64,000 nucleotides of DNA, taken from assembly GCA_965212055.1 (NCBI GenBank), contig OZ243041.1:480001-544000 (forward strand), read 5' to 3'. The position numbers and the translations under genes were made by a program. Positions 48,116 through 59,288 of the stretch are shown here, one piece after another; position 1 is the stretch's first letter; each line of letters begins with the position of its first letter. The notes under the pieces are model-generated. The model made no database searches and was not told the origin of the DNA. It was given only the letters and a program-made list of their open reading frames with translations. The DNA is from Fidelibacterota bacterium (GTDB lineage Bacteria; Fidelibacterota; Marinisomatia; Marinisomatales; Marinisomataceae).

Positions 48116-48646
48116 TTAATAGAAGCTTTCAACTTGTTTTATCCAATCTAAAATAATAGCATTTATCTCAACGGGCCTTGTATCATCTGTATTCCATCCA
48201 CTACTTCCTCCTCCACTTTCAAATCCGCTTGAGAAAGAACTGGTCATTGGTCCAGATACCTCATCATCTTGAAGAATTGAATTCGTATAGAATTTTGCAA
48301 ATACTTTTTTGGTTGTTGGATCTCGAAACAAGATATATGATTTCTTTGGATCAGCGGTATCTCCATAGTATGGATCAAAATTAAAATCTTCAAATAGAAT
48401 TTCTATTTCTACATTCCCATCAGTATCTGGAGGTAAAATTTCAAATCCAATCTTTACCAACTCTGATTGAAGAGCTTGAATATGTTGTACCATAAACGGG
48501 TCCTGAATGTAGTCGTTAATGAATTCTTCAATCTTGTTATTGTCACTTAGTTTGACTTTTTTTCTTCTAAATTGTCCTTGTAAATCTGATGTAAAGACAA
48601 TCAACAATACAAACGCTAATAAATATGTAAATCTTTCTAATTTCAT
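48116..48646 (-). CDS. Hypothetical exported protein
   Basis: AGGAG RBS, signal peptide, 176 aa. Confidence 0.75.
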   Translation of the reverse strand: MKLERFTYLLAFVLLIVFTSDLQGQFRRKKVKLSDNNKIEEFINDYIQDPFMVQHIQALQSELVKIGFEILPPDTDGNVEIEILFEDFNFDPYYGDTADPKKSYILFRDPTTKKVFAKFYTNSILQDDEVSGPMTSSFSSGFESGGGSSGWNTDDTRPVEINAIILDWIKQVESFY

Positions 48647-48662
48647 TTTGGTCTCCTATGTT

Positions 48663-49220
48663 CTATATCGCGCAACCGTTTATTCCCCTCTTTTTATAAT
48701 AATCTTGATGATAATCTTCTGCATCATAAAAATCATTCACCGGTTCGACTTCTGTTACTATTTTTGTTCTAAATTTACCGGATTCATTTACTGCATTAAT
48801 TATCTTTTCAGCCAATTCTTTTTCATTATCATTGCCATAAAATATAGCAGATCGATATTGGGTTCCAACGTCTGGCCCTTGTCTATTGGGTGTCGTTGGA
48901 TCGTGTAATTCAAAAAAAGTATTTAGAAGATTCTCGTATGATATGACACTTGCATCATACACAACCTTAATAGCTTCTGCATGTCCTGTAATCCCAGTAC
49001 ACACAACTTCATAAGAAGGATTCTCCGCATTTCCTCCTGTATACCCCACCGTTGTAGAAACTACTCCTTCAAGTGATTGGAAAGTAGATTCTACTCCCCA
49101 AAAACATCCTGCAGCAAAAAATGCGTTATTATGATTTTTACTTTCTTGTGCCATAACTATGCTAAATAAGCTAATTGAAAATAATGAAAAATTATATAAA
49201 GTACTATTTCTTGTAATCAT
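48663..49220 (-). CDS. msrA: Peptide-methionine (S)-S-oxide reductase MsrA (start 49220 or 49154)
   Basis: AAGCFWGVE, GY.GG, TGHAE, HDPT..NRQGPD.GTQYRS, AEDYHQDY. Confidence 0.95.
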   Translation of the reverse strand: MITRNSTLYNFSLFSISLFSIVMAQESKNHNNAFFAAGCFWGVESTFQSLEGVVSTTVGYTGGNAENPSYEVVCTGITGHAEAIKVVYDASVISYENLLNTFFELHDPTTPNRQGPDVGTQYRSAIFYGNDNEKELAEKIINAVNESGKFRTKIVTEVEPVNDFYDAEDYHQDYYKKRGINGCAI

Positions 49221-49338
49221 AATATATCCACGCTCCAATTAGTCCCATAGGGATTGATATAATTACACCAATAACAGGAATCAGAATGGATGCAAAAGAA
49301 ATTCCTACTCCTACTAATAGTGAATTTAATATCCTCAT
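49204..49338 (-). CDS. 44-aa hydrophobic small protein (uncalled in ORF track)
   Basis: MRILNSLLVGVGISFASILIPVIGVIISIPMGLIGAWIYYDYKK; ATGA overlap with upstream gene. Confidence 0.7.
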   Translation of the reverse strand: MRILNSLLVGVGISFASILIPVIGVIISIPMGLIGAWIYYDYKK

Positions 49339-49787
49339 TGAGAATCATCATTATCTGATTCACTATAATTAAATTCAACCCGGATCCAATCTAAAGACGT
49401 ATTACCTGCGTAATCGCTTACCCATGCTTTAACAATAAAACTATTCTCAGTAGTAGCACCACAGTTAGAACTACAAAAACTTGTTGAATCAAATGCATAA
49501 TTAGTTTGAAATGTTGTGATAAGAGAATCTGTGCTCATATCATTGCTAAGAAAGATTTCAATCCCATCAATTTCCAAGAAAACAGCTAATATTGCAAGAT
49601 CATCGCTTGCAGTGATATCAAAATCAATTGTTTGTCCTGTCACATAGATTGAATCTGTTACAGGCTGATTAATGGTAATAGTTGGAACTTCCATATCTAT
49701 ATCAGTTATTGGAAGCGATACACTTACTTGTTCATCTACATCACAAGATAATATAAACAAAAATACGAGTCCTAGTATTTGTCTCAT
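49335..49787 (-). CDS. Ig-like domain lipoprotein
   Basis: Lipobox ILSC; P.ITI..P, ITASDD, KAW..D.AGN.S bacterial Ig-like pattern. Confidence 0.75.
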   Translation of the reverse strand: MRQILGLVFLFILSCDVDEQVSVSLPITDIDMEVPTITINQPVTDSIYVTGQTIDFDITASDDLAILAVFLEIDGIEIFLSNDMSTDSLITTFQTNYAFDSTSFCSSNCGATTENSFIVKAWVSDYAGNTSLDWIRVEFNYSESDNDDSQ

Positions 49788-51022
49788 CTTGCTGTCCTTG
49801 GTTGGTTAAATCCTAATGAAAGAACCGATGCTACAATTAATGCTATAATAGTATGAGCTAAAATTAAGTATACAAAATTGGTAAAAAATCCTAGATATAT
49901 AAATACAAGAACAGCACATGCTCGTATCACCTCTACATTATTAGCATAATTTCTTCCATCAAGCAATAGTGCGTTTGATATTGCTAATGTTGATACCAAT
50001 ATTGCAACACCAGCCATCTCTGGATAGGAAAATTTCTCAACATTAAATAGCATTAATATTGTAAGACCATTTATCATACTAAATTGAAAGAATGCAAACA
50101 CTTTTTCCATAGTTGTGATTTCTGGATCATATTTTTCAAAATTGTCCAAATCATTCTTATGAACAGGATATTTTTCTACAACATCATCTGGTCTCCATGC
50201 AGGAGGAGAAAACCATACACGTATTTTATCTTTAAACCTTTTTGTTCGATAGGAATCTAAAATCATTTGATAAAAAACCTCAACATTCGCCCATAAAGGA
50301 TTAAATGTCTTTAATGGCTTTACTGTACCATAAACAGGCTTTAAATCTTCTCTTTCGTCAATAAAAGTTCCAAAAATGCGATCCCAAATTATAAAAACAC
50401 CTCCATAATTTGCATCTAAATAATCATCGTTTTGAGCGTGATGTATTCTATGATTTGATGGAGTTATAAATATGTACTCTAAAACTCCCAACCTTCCAAT
50501 ATGCTCAGTATGTACCCAGAATTGATAGATCAAATTTATTCCGGCCACTGTAACAAAAACATTTGGTGGAATTCCTATAAGAAACATTGGTAGAAAGAAT
50601 ATCCACTTCCAAAGAAAGCCAGTACTAGTCTGTCTCATAGCTGTCGATAAATTAAATTCTTCTCCATGATGATGAACTACATGCGTTGCCCAGAAAACCT
50701 TTACTTCATGGTGTAAACGATGCATCCAGTAATAACATATATCATACATGAAAAAAGCAGTTACCCAAACCCAAGTTTCCGTTGAGTTTAGCAAACTTAA
50801 GTTAAACTCTTCAGCAACATAAGTATAGACGACATACTGAAAACCCAACGCGAGCAATGGGACAAATCTACTGATTAACCCCAATGACATACTGGCTAGT
50901 GCATCATTTATTCTGTAATTATTTTCTCTTTTAATAAGTCCATAAACGAACTCAATACCGACTAAAAGCATAAAGAATGGAATCGCATAAGTAATAAGTG
51001 GTGAGCTATCTTGACCAAACAT
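49784..51022 (-). CDS. Sterol desaturase-family / alkylglycerol monooxygenase-like di-iron enzyme
   Basis: YYWMHRLHHE, WATHVVHH.GEEFNLSTAMRQ, QFWVHTE, PSNHRIHH, NYGG..IIWDR.FGTF. Confidence 0.9.
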   Translation of the reverse strand: MFGQDSSPLITYAIPFFMLLVGIEFVYGLIKRENNYRINDALASMSLGLISRFVPLLALGFQYVVYTYVAEEFNLSLLNSTETWVWVTAFFMYDICYYWMHRLHHEVKVFWATHVVHHHGEEFNLSTAMRQTSTGFLWKWIFFLPMFLIGIPPNVFVTVAGINLIYQFWVHTEHIGRLGVLEYIFITPSNHRIHHAQNDDYLDANYGGVFIIWDRIFGTFIDEREDLKPVYGTVKPLKTFNPLWANVEVFYQMILDSYRTKRFKDKIRVWFSPPAWRPDDVVEKYPVHKNDLDNFEKYDPEITTMEKVFAFFQFSMINGLTILMLFNVEKFSYPEMAGVAILVSTLAISNALLLDGRNYANNVEVIRACAVLVFIYLGFFTNFVYLILAHTIIALIVASVLSLGFNQPRTAR

Positions 51023-51056
51023 ATTAAGATAATTTAATGATTTTTTTTATCATAGA

Positions 51057-51109
51057 AACCAAAAAGTCTCTCAGTGAATAATGCTATCCACTTGAAGAGA
51101 CCTTTGGTT
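51057..51109 (-). terminator. Long imperfect hairpin with U-tract on minus strand (terminator or sRNA 3' end)
   Basis: Minus strand AACCAAAGGTCTCTTCAAGTGGATA-GCAT-TATTCACTGAGAGACTTTTTGGTT. Confidence 0.7.
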
Positions 51110-51153
51110 GACTACATAATCTTTAAAAAGATATAAACAATGTTGTGTAATTG

Positions 51154-51504
51154 TCAATGTCTATTTAATTCATTAAGTATGCTATTAAGTTCATTACGAA
51201 CTTCGTGAAGAACAGATTTATCACGTTCTTTTACCTCTCTTACCCTTGAATGTTCATGAGAAGCGTTTTTTAATTCTTCAATTGCGCCCTTGATAGTAAA
51301 TTTTTTGTCATATAATAATTTCTTAATATTTAAGATCACCGAAATATCATTTTGTTTATAGGTGCGATTTCCTGCTCTATTCTTTGATGGCTTTAATGAT
51401 GGAAATTCAGACTCCCAATATCTTAAGACATAAGGTTTAAGCTTGGTTAGTTCACTTACTTCTTTAATGCTGTAATATAATTTTGAACTTGATTCATGCA
51501 TCAC
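51154..51504 (-). CDS. MerR-family transcriptional regulator (HTH only)
   Basis: KLYYSI.EV, YVLRYWE.EFP.L.P.K..G.R.Y, LLY..KFTI.GA. Confidence 0.92.
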   Translation of the reverse strand: MMHESSSKLYYSIKEVSELTKLKPYVLRYWESEFPSLKPSKNRAGNRTYKQNDISVILNIKKLLYDKKFTIKGAIEELKNASHEHSRVREVKERDKSVLHEVRNELNSILNELNRH

Positions 51505-51578
51505 TTTAATTAATCCATTACTTTAACTACTTTATACACATAAATTATATCATTAAAGTAATGCTTTAATAATGAAAT

Positions 51579-52679
51579 TTAAAGAATTTTATTTAGATCA
51601 GTGTGATTAAGGCTATGAGCTTCTGCTACTTCCCTATTTAGGAGGTGTCCTTTATGCGTATTTAAACCCATTTTTAATTCAGAGTTATCTTCTAAACCAA
51701 CTATACCTTTATTAGCTAAATGCAATATATATGGTCGTGTAGCTTCGTTTAATGCATCTGTAGCAGTAAATGGTACCGCAGATGGAATATTCTTAACACA
51801 ATAGTGAATAATATCATCAACTTCATAAGTAGGATTATCATGGGTTGTTGCTTTTGATGTTTCAAAACAACCTCCTTGATCAATTGAGACATCAGATAAA
51901 ATACTCTTTGGCTGCATTAATTTTAACATTTCTCTTGTAATAAGAGTTGGAGGTTTTGCTCCTACCGTCAAAACTGCTCCAACAACAATGTCTGCATTAG
52001 GAAGAAGCTTATTTATGGTTTCTGAGGTTGAGATAGCAGTGTTTGCTTTAGGATAGGCCTCCTTGATGGCAAGTAGGCGTTCTTCATTAATATCTAAAAT
52101 AGTTGTATTTGCTCCTAATCCTAAGCTTATTTCTAGTGCATTAACCCCAACAATACCTGCTCCAAGAATTATTACATTTGCAGGATCGGCAAGTGATGTA
52201 CCTGATATCAGTTTTCCTTTTCCCTGATTACTCTTTTTTAGAAGTGATATACAGTCTAAGATTGCTAATCTACCCGCAATTTCACTCATTGGTTTTAACA
52301 TTGGTAATTCATTATCAATGCTAACAGTTTCATAAGCAATGCTTGTGGTATTACAATCAAGTAGTTTTTCGGTTAATTCTTTGGAAGAACTTAAATGTAG
52401 ATAGGTGAAAATTGTTTTATTTTTTAAAAGCTCTACTTCCTCAAAAGAAGGTTCTTTTACTTTAACAATTAGTTCTGCAGCATCAAAAACATCTATAGCT
52501 TCATCTAGGATAGTACAGCCAACTTGCTGATAATCAGAATTGCTGTATCCACTATGGATTCCAGCATTATTCTCAACAAATACTTCATGTGAATTGTCTA
52601 CGAGAAGTTTGGCAGTTTTAGGATTGATCCCAACACGATATTCTTGTGAAATAATTTCTTTAGGAACACCAATTTTCAT
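51579..52679 (-). CDS. ald: Alanine dehydrogenase
   Basis: IGVPKE..E.RV, VKVKEP, FTYLHL, AYETV, PMSEIAGR, IDQGGCFET, HYCV.N.P. Confidence 0.96.
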   Translation of the reverse strand: MKIGVPKEIISQEYRVGINPKTAKLLVDNSHEVFVENNAGIHSGYSNSDYQQVGCTILDEAIDVFDAAELIVKVKEPSFEEVELLKNKTIFTYLHLSSSKELTEKLLDCNTTSIAYETVSIDNELPMLKPMSEIAGRLAILDCISLLKKSNQGKGKLISGTSLADPANVIILGAGIVGVNALEISLGLGANTTILDINEERLLAIKEAYPKANTAISTSETINKLLPNADIVVGAVLTVGAKPPTLITREMLKLMQPKSILSDVSIDQGGCFETSKATTHDNPTYEVDDIIHYCVKNIPSAVPFTATDALNEATRPYILHLANKGIVGLEDNSELKMGLNTHKGHLLNREVAEAHSLNHTDLNKIL

Positions 52680-52700
52680 GAAGATCTACCTTTTTATTTA

Positions 52701-54776
52701 TTATTTAGGTTTATCTTTTACAAGTTTCATGCTAAAATTTAAACGACCTTGTTTATCAATTTCGAATAATTTTACTTTAACTTTGTCTCCCACTGATACC
52801 ACATCTCTTACTTTATCCACTCTTTTCCAATCTAAGTGAGAAATATGAACCAATCCTTCTCTCCCTGGGGCAAATTCGACAAATGCACCAAAATCAAGAG
52901 TTTTGGTAACTTTTCCATCAAATATAGAGCCAACTTTAGGATCTTCGGTAACTGCTTTAACTTGATTAACAGCATTATCAAGCGCTTTTCTATCTGCCGC
53001 TGACACACTAACAGTTCCGTCGTCTTCAATATTGATAACACATTCAGCGCTTTCTTGAATTGCTTTAATGTTCTTTCCTCCTGGACCAATAAGGGCTCCA
53101 ATCTTCTCTTTATCAATCTTGAAAGATTCGATCTGTGGTGCATATTGAGACAATGCATCTGGAGAGCTTATTGCTTTATTCATTTCATCTAGAATATGCA
53201 ACCTTCCCTTATTTGCTTGCTCTAACGCTATAGATAAAATTTCCATTGGAAGTCCAGGAACTTTTAAATCTAATTGGATAGCACTAATACCATCTTTAGT
53301 TCCAGCAACTTTAAAATCCATATCTCCATAGAAATCTTCAGTTCCCAAAATATCACTTAATACTGCATGATTTTCACCGTCAGTGATTAATCCCATTGCA
53401 ATACCAGCAACATGCTCTTTAATAGGCACTCCTGCGTTCATCATAGCTAATGAACCACCACAAACTGATGCCATAGAAGAAGATCCATTTGATTCTGTAA
53501 TTTCTGACACAACACGTATTGTGTATGGAAACTCCTCAGATGAAGGCAATATAGGTTTTAGCGATCTTTCTGCTAAATGACCATGGCCAATCTCTCTTCT
53601 ATTCGTGAAACCAATTCTTCCAGTTTCTCCTACACAGTAAGGAGGGAAATTATAGTGCAACATAAATGATTTTTTATAATCACTCGTCATTGAATCTATA
53701 ATCTGTTCATCTCTAGCATTACCCAAGGTAAGCGCAACGATTGATTGCGTTTCACCTCTAGTGAATAAAACAGATCCATGAACTCGAGGCAATAATGATG
53801 GGACAATACTAATTGCTCTAATATCGTCTAATCCTCTACCATCAACTCTAACTTTTTTCTCTAATACAGTTTTTCTCACTGCATTTTTAAACATAGTTTT
53901 AACATATTCTTTTACTTCAGAATATATCTTTTCATCTTCTAAATGTGGGTCTGATGCTTCTTTAACTATGTCGTTATACGCATTTTCTCTCTCTTTTTTG
54001 CCTTCGATATCAAAAAGTTTATCAATCTTTGATGAATAGGTTTTATCGAGAGATTTTTCAATCTCATCACTCAATGGTTTTGAATCATCAATTTCATAAG
54101 AATTATCAAATTGATCTTCAAATTCTAACTGTAAATCCACAATATCATTAATACCTTCCATTGCAATATCTAATGCTTCTAAAATTGTTTTTTCAGGTAC
54201 AAAGTTAGAACCACCCTCAATCATACAAATTTTATCTTTTTTACCGGTTACCATCAAATCTAAATCAGATGATTCCATTTGTTCTAGTGTAGGATTTAAA
54301 ACATATTCTCCGTCTACTAATCCTACTTTAACAGAAGCTATTGGACCATCAAATGGTACTGGTGATAATAACAATGCTGCAGAAGCACCAATTGCTGCTA
54401 CTACATCCGGTGTATTTACACCATCATAAGACATTGTGGTTAACATAATCTGTAGTTCATTTCTATAATTCTTAGGAATTAAAGGTCTAATTGGACGATC
54501 TGTTAGACGTGAAGTTAAAACTTCAGCATCTGTTGGTTTCGCCTCTCTTTTAAAGAAACCTCCGGGTATTTTTCCACCCGCATAATGTTTTTCTCTATAT
54601 TCAACCTGCATTGGAAGAAAGTTTATACCTTCTCTCGGTTCAGATGAACAACATACTGCTGCAAGCATTGCAGTGTCTCCATACGTAATAAATACGGATC
54701 CACCCGCTTGTCTTGCTATTTGGCCAGATTCAATCTTTAATAGTCTGCCAGCTATATTTTTTTCTACTTTTATCAT
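52701..54776 (-). CDS. pnp: Polyribonucleotide nucleotidyltransferase
   Basis: GKIPGGFFKRE, FTRGETQ, RREIGHG, ESNGSSSMAS, DMDFKVAG, KH and S1 domains. Confidence 0.98.
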   Translation of the reverse strand: MIKVEKNIAGRLLKIESGQIARQAGGSVFITYGDTAMLAAVCCSSEPREGINFLPMQVEYREKHYAGGKIPGGFFKREAKPTDAEVLTSRLTDRPIRPLIPKNYRNELQIMLTTMSYDGVNTPDVVAAIGASAALLLSPVPFDGPIASVKVGLVDGEYVLNPTLEQMESSDLDLMVTGKKDKICMIEGGSNFVPEKTILEALDIAMEGINDIVDLQLEFEDQFDNSYEIDDSKPLSDEIEKSLDKTYSSKIDKLFDIEGKKERENAYNDIVKEASDPHLEDEKIYSEVKEYVKTMFKNAVRKTVLEKKVRVDGRGLDDIRAISIVPSLLPRVHGSVLFTRGETQSIVALTLGNARDEQIIDSMTSDYKKSFMLHYNFPPYCVGETGRIGFTNRREIGHGHLAERSLKPILPSSEEFPYTIRVVSEITESNGSSSMASVCGGSLAMMNAGVPIKEHVAGIAMGLITDGENHAVLSDILGTEDFYGDMDFKVAGTKDGISAIQLDLKVPGLPMEILSIALEQANKGRLHILDEMNKAISSPDALSQYAPQIESFKIDKEKIGALIGPGGKNIKAIQESAECVINIEDDGTVSVSAADRKALDNAVNQVKAVTEDPKVGSIFDGKVTKTLDFGAFVEFAPGREGLVHISHLDWKRVDKVRDVVSVGDKVKVKLFEIDKQGRLNFSMKLVKDKPK

Positions 54777-54785
54777 ATTCTTTCT

Positions 54786-55055
54786 TTATAATCCTCTTAT
54801 GGATAGTTTTTCTATTAATTCATCATAACTATCACTATTCGTTTTTCTTAAATACTTTAATTGTTTTTTTCTTTGTGACACAAGTTTAACCAAACCATGT
54901 CTAGAATGAACATCTTTTTTATTATCTTTAACATGCTCAGTTAATGATCTGATACGATCAGTAAGAAGCGCTATTTGGGCTTCACTACTACCTGTGTTTT
55001 TTTCATCTAATCCAATGTCTTGGATAAGCTTATTTGTTTCTTTACTATATTTCAT
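54786..55055 (-). CDS. rpsO: 30S ribosomal protein S15
   Basis: TGSSEAQIALLT.RI..LTEH..K.D.HSR.GL..LV. Confidence 0.97.
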   Translation of the reverse strand: MKYSKETNKLIQDIGLDEKNTGSSEAQIALLTDRIRSLTEHVKDNKKDVHSRHGLVKLVSQRKKQLKYLRKTNSDSYDELIEKLSIRGL

Positions 55056-55995
55056 AATTCTCCTTGGAAGAATCTATCAATTTAATACATACTTCCTTGT
55101 CTTTTTCAATTTGTTTGACCAATGTTTCTTTATTGTCAAACTTCTTTTCATCTCTAATTTTTAATAAAAATTCGATATAAAAACTCTTATCATATAAGTC
55201 GCTGAATTTATTAGATAATATGTGAACTTCCATAACAAATTTTTTTTCATTAAAAGTAGGTCTAAACCCAATATTGCACATGCCAAAATATTTTTCTCCC
55301 TCTAAAGTAACCCTTGAGAAATATACTCCATCTTGAGGAAGGACTTGATGCTTATTAATTGCAACAAAATTTGCAGTAGGATAATTCAATGATTTTCCTC
55401 TATGTGAACCATGAACAACTCTTGCTTTAAATCCATAGAATCTCCCTAATAGCGATGGTACAATATCTAATTTTCCATCTCTGATTAACATTCTTATTTC
55501 TGTGCTTGAGATTATTCTATCATCAGTCTTTTTAGTCTTTGGAGTAAATAGATCAATATTCTTATCTAAACAAAATTTGACAAGAAAATCTAAGTTTCCT
55601 TCTTTCTTAAAACCAAAGTAATGGTTTTCTCCAACAGCAATTAATTTAGGATTAAATGTTTTGCTAATGATTCCATCTGCAAAATCAGCAGCAGTGACTT
55701 TTGAAAATTTTTCTGTAAAAGGTATAACAAGTACTTTATCAACACCCATTTTTTCTAATGCTTTTAATTTTGATTCCGTACTTTGAATGTTGATTGGACT
55801 GCCTTCATCTCTTAGGATATAATATGGATTTGGATCAAATGTAATAACACATGACGGAATTGCATTCTTTTTACCAAATGCAACGATATAATTGATAACA
55901 TCTTGATGACCTAAATGAATACCATCATAGTTTCCAACAGTAAGAACCGACGATTTAAGTGGTTCTAAATCTTTAAGCGATTTTATAACTTCCAT
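55045..55995 (-). CDS. ribF: Bifunctional riboflavin kinase/FAD synthetase
   Basis: GNYDGIHLGHQ, TFDP, ISST.IR, YPTAN, NIG.RPT, IRDEKKF. Confidence 0.96.
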   Translation of the reverse strand: MEVIKSLKDLEPLKSSVLTVGNYDGIHLGHQDVINYIVAFGKKNAIPSCVITFDPNPYYILRDEGSPINIQSTESKLKALEKMGVDKVLVIPFTEKFSKVTAADFADGIISKTFNPKLIAVGENHYFGFKKEGNLDFLVKFCLDKNIDLFTPKTKKTDDRIISSTEIRMLIRDGKLDIVPSLLGRFYGFKARVVHGSHRGKSLNYPTANFVAINKHQVLPQDGVYFSRVTLEGEKYFGMCNIGFRPTFNEKKFVMEVHILSNKFSDLYDKSFYIEFLLKIRDEKKFDNKETLVKQIEKDKEVCIKLIDSSKENYEI

Positions 55996-56624
55996 TTTTC
56001 TTCAAATTTTTCTACTGTGATCGATTCTTTTATCTCGAAAGGACCTACTTTTGTTCTTGTTAACTCAACTAGATGTCCTACAGTCCCAATTTGTGAGCAA
56101 ATATCTTCAGCTAAAACTCTAATATATGTTCCTGAAGAACATTTAACTTCTATTGCTAGCATGTCCTTATCATGTAAAGAACAGTGCAGATCTTTGATTT
56201 CAATCTCTTTTGGATTCCTGTCTACAGAGATATTTTTTCGAGCTAGTTTATAAAGACGAACTCCATTGATTTTTCTTGCAGAATACATAGGAGGTTTCTG
56301 CATATGTTTTCCAATAAACGACTTAGCCAGTGCATCCAAATCAATATCCTTAATCTCTGGAATATCTTTTTTCTCTATAACGGTCCCTGTAAGGTCTTTT
56401 GTATCAGTCTTCTCCCCTAATTTTATAAGTCCTCTATACCTCTTATCATATTCTATAATCTCTGATAATTTCTTTGTTGATTTTCCGATACCTAATATCA
56501 ATACTCCATCAGCAAATGGATCTAAAGTTCCAGAATGTCCAACTTTTTCGGATGTAATTTTTTTTACTTGTTTGACTATGCTAAATGAAGTATAGCTTTT
56601 TGGTTTATAAAGATTGTATATCAC
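55983..56624 (-). CDS. truB: tRNA pseudouridine(55) synthase TruB
   Basis: KVGHSGTLDPFA.G, PPMYSA.K..G.RLY.LAR, CSSGTYIR.L. Confidence 0.96.
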   Translation of the reverse strand: MIYNLYKPKSYTSFSIVKQVKKITSEKVGHSGTLDPFADGVLILGIGKSTKKLSEIIEYDKRYRGLIKLGEKTDTKDLTGTVIEKKDIPEIKDIDLDALAKSFIGKHMQKPPMYSARKINGVRLYKLARKNISVDRNPKEIEIKDLHCSLHDKDMLAIEVKCSSGTYIRVLAEDICSQIGTVGHLVELTRTKVGPFEIKESITVEKFEEKWKL

Positions 56625-56625
56625 T

Positions 56626-56973
56626 TTAATTAATTTTATTTATCAGGTTATTTATTTTCTCAAACTCCTCAAAAGAATTATCATATATAAATTTTAACGT
56701 AGGGGTAAATTTTAATCTAATCTGTGCTGCAACATGTTTACGAAAAAGTGGTACCATATTGTTTAATTCTGTATTAATTAATTCAATTTCTTTCGTAGGA
56801 TTGATGATGCTATAAAATATGTTAGCATGTTTTAAATCTGCAGTCATCTTGATAGAAGAAAATGTTAAAAAACCATACTTCCGTAAATCAATATCTTTAG
56901 ATAAAATTTGATTCACAATTTTTAAGAGTTCTTGTTCAACTCTTTCTACTCTAGAAAATGGTTTTATATTCAC
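56626..56973 (-). CDS. rbfA: Ribosome-binding factor A
   Basis: R..RV, DL..A.I..S, LKFTP.L.F.YD; position after infB. Confidence 0.92.
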   Translation of the reverse strand: MNIKPFSRVERVEQELLKIVNQILSKDIDLRKYGFLTFSSIKMTADLKHANIFYSIINPTKEIELINTELNNMVPLFRKHVAAQIRLKFTPTLKFIYDNSFEEFEKINNLINKIN

Positions 56974-56975
56974 GT

Positions 56976-59288
56976 TTAAGATAGTTTTCTTTTAATCTCA
57001 TTAATCTTGTATGCAATGATCTTATCTCCAGGAAGATATTTCTTTATTCCCTCAATCGCTATACCACACTCTAACCCTGTTTCAACAGTACTTACATCAT
57101 CTTTAAAACGTTTAAGTGATAGAATTTTCCCATCTTTAATAATTTCTTCTTCTTCTCTAACAAGTTTAACGAGAGAATCTCTAGTAATTGTACCGCTCTC
57201 TACTTGAGATCCTGCAATAAAGCCAATTTTTGGAATTTTAAATGTTTCTTTGACGATTGCTTCTCCAACGATTTCTTCAACAAGATCTGGTTTTAACAGT
57301 CCTTCTACCGCTAATTTTAGATCTTCTACAGCTTGATAAATAATATTATAAGACCTTATCTCAACATTGCTTTGATCTGCCTGTAATCGCGTATTTGAAG
57401 GTGTCTGTACATTAAACGCTAAAATAACAGCATTAGATGCTTCTCCAAGCAATACGTCTGATTCTGTAACATTTCCAACACCTTTGTGAACAATGTCTAC
57501 ACCAACTTCATCATGTTTTATTTTCTCCAAACTCTCACCCAACGCTTCAATAGATCCATCAGAATCAGCTTTAATAATGATATTTAAATTATTTACATCC
57601 CCTTCTTTAATTTGAGCTGAAATAGAATCTAGAGTATTCTTCTTTACTGTTGAAAATTCAATTTCTCTTTTAATTCTTTGTCTTTCATTTGCAATTTTCT
57701 TTAAATCAGATTCATTTTCAACTTCTGCAAAAATATCTCCAGATTGAGGAACTTGATCAAATCCAAGTACTTGCACTGCATCTGAGGGTTCTGCTGATTG
57801 AATACGATCATTTCTTTCATTCATAATTGCTCGTACTTTTCCTGGAAAATTATTACATATAAATGGTATTCCAATCTTTAGAGTACCTTTCTTAACTAAT
57901 ACTGTAGCAATAGGCCCTAATCCTTTGTCTAATCTGGAATCAATCACAATTCCTTTAGATAAAATTTCTGTATTTGCTTTTAGATCTAAAACTTCAGATT
58001 CCAATAAAATAGCCTCCATTAGCCCTTCAATTCCTTCTCCTGTTTTCGCAGAAGTATTAATAGACTGTATTTTTCCGCCCCAATCTTCTACAAGAACATC
58101 TTTCTCCGATAATTCTCTTTTTACTTTTTCAATGTCTGCTTCTGGTTTATCAACCTTATTAATTGCAACAATAATTGGAACTTCAGCTGCTTTGGCATGA
58201 TTAATTGCTTCAATAGTTTGTGGCATAACGCTATCATCTGCTGCTACTACAAGAATAACAATATCAGTAGATTTTGCTCCTCTAGCTCTCATTGAAGTAA
58301 ATGCTTCATGTCCTGGAGTATCTAAAAATGTAATTTTATTATCTTTATAATCAACTTGATATGCACCAATTCTTTGGGTAATTCCTCCAGACTCACCTGC
58401 TACTACATTTGTTTCTCTGATATGATCTAAGATAGATGTTTTACCATGATCTACATGACCCATGATAGTAACAACTGAAGGACGACTAATAGCATTCTTT
58501 AATTCTTCATCAGAATGTGCTGTAACAAACAAATCATCAACCACTTCTTCAAATCTTTTTAGCTCACAACCATACTCTTCTGCAATAAGTTCAATAATTT
58601 CCCATTCTAGTCTTTGATTCACGGTTGCTAGATAACCCATTTGTAAACATTTTGCAATAATTTCACTTGAATTAACATCAAGTACTTTAGCAATTTCATC
58701 TACGCTAGCATATTCTGCCAACTCTATAACTCTCTTACCGTCTGTTGCATCTACTTCTACTTCTTTTTTAGTCTTTTTATAAGATTTTTTCTTACGGCTT
58801 GTATCAATCTCTGCTAATGTTTGTTTTAATCTTTTTTCTGCAGATGTATCAGTTTTTACTGTAGTTTTTTTAGTTTTCTTTTCTTTTCTAGGAGAGAGTT
58901 CTGTTAACGTAATTTTCCTAAGTTTCTTTTTTGGTTCAACTTTCTTTGATGTTTTCTTTTCTTCTTTATCTGTTTTTTTCTCTGCTTCTTTTTTCTCTTC
59001 TTCTTTTTTCTCATCTTTAACAGATAGAATCTTAAATTCCTTAATAGATTTGGTCTCCATTACTATTTTAGAGTCATGAATTTCCTTTCTAACTTGTTCT
59101 TTTCTATCTCTCTCTGCAGATTGTCTATCTTTGGCAAATTCAGTATAAATTAATTGTTGAGTTTTCCCATCTACTGGTGACATTGGACTCGTGGCTGATA
59201 TTTTATTTTCCTTTAGAAACTCTATTATATCAGTATGAGATATGTTTAATTCTTTCGCTAAATCAAAAACTTTTTTTGAATCGCTCAT
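56976..59288 (-). CDS. infB: Translation initiation factor IF-2
   Basis: [40 protein letters not shown]. Confidence 0.98.
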   Translation of the reverse strand: MSDSKKVFDLAKELNISHTDIIEFLKENKISATSPMSPVDGKTQQLIYTEFAKDRQSAERDRKEQVRKEIHDSKIVMETKSIKEFKILSVKDEKKEEEKKEAEKKTDKEEKKTSKKVEPKKKLRKITLTELSPRKEKKTKKTTVKTDTSAEKRLKQTLAEIDTSRKKKSYKKTKKEVEVDATDGKRVIELAEYASVDEIAKVLDVNSSEIIAKCLQMGYLATVNQRLEWEIIELIAEEYGCELKRFEEVVDDLFVTAHSDEELKNAISRPSVVTIMGHVDHGKTSILDHIRETNVVAGESGGITQRIGAYQVDYKDNKITFLDTPGHEAFTSMRARGAKSTDIVILVVAADDSVMPQTIEAINHAKAAEVPIIVAINKVDKPEADIEKVKRELSEKDVLVEDWGGKIQSINTSAKTGEGIEGLMEAILLESEVLDLKANTEILSKGIVIDSRLDKGLGPIATVLVKKGTLKIGIPFICNNFPGKVRAIMNERNDRIQSAEPSDAVQVLGFDQVPQSGDIFAEVENESDLKKIANERQRIKREIEFSTVKKNTLDSISAQIKEGDVNNLNIIIKADSDGSIEALGESLEKIKHDEVGVDIVHKGVGNVTESDVLLGEASNAVILAFNVQTPSNTRLQADQSNVEIRSYNIIYQAVEDLKLAVEGLLKPDLVEEIVGEAIVKETFKIPKIGFIAGSQVESGTITRDSLVKLVREEEEIIKDGKILSLKRFKDDVSTVETGLECGIAIEGIKKYLPGDKIIAYKINEIKRKLS

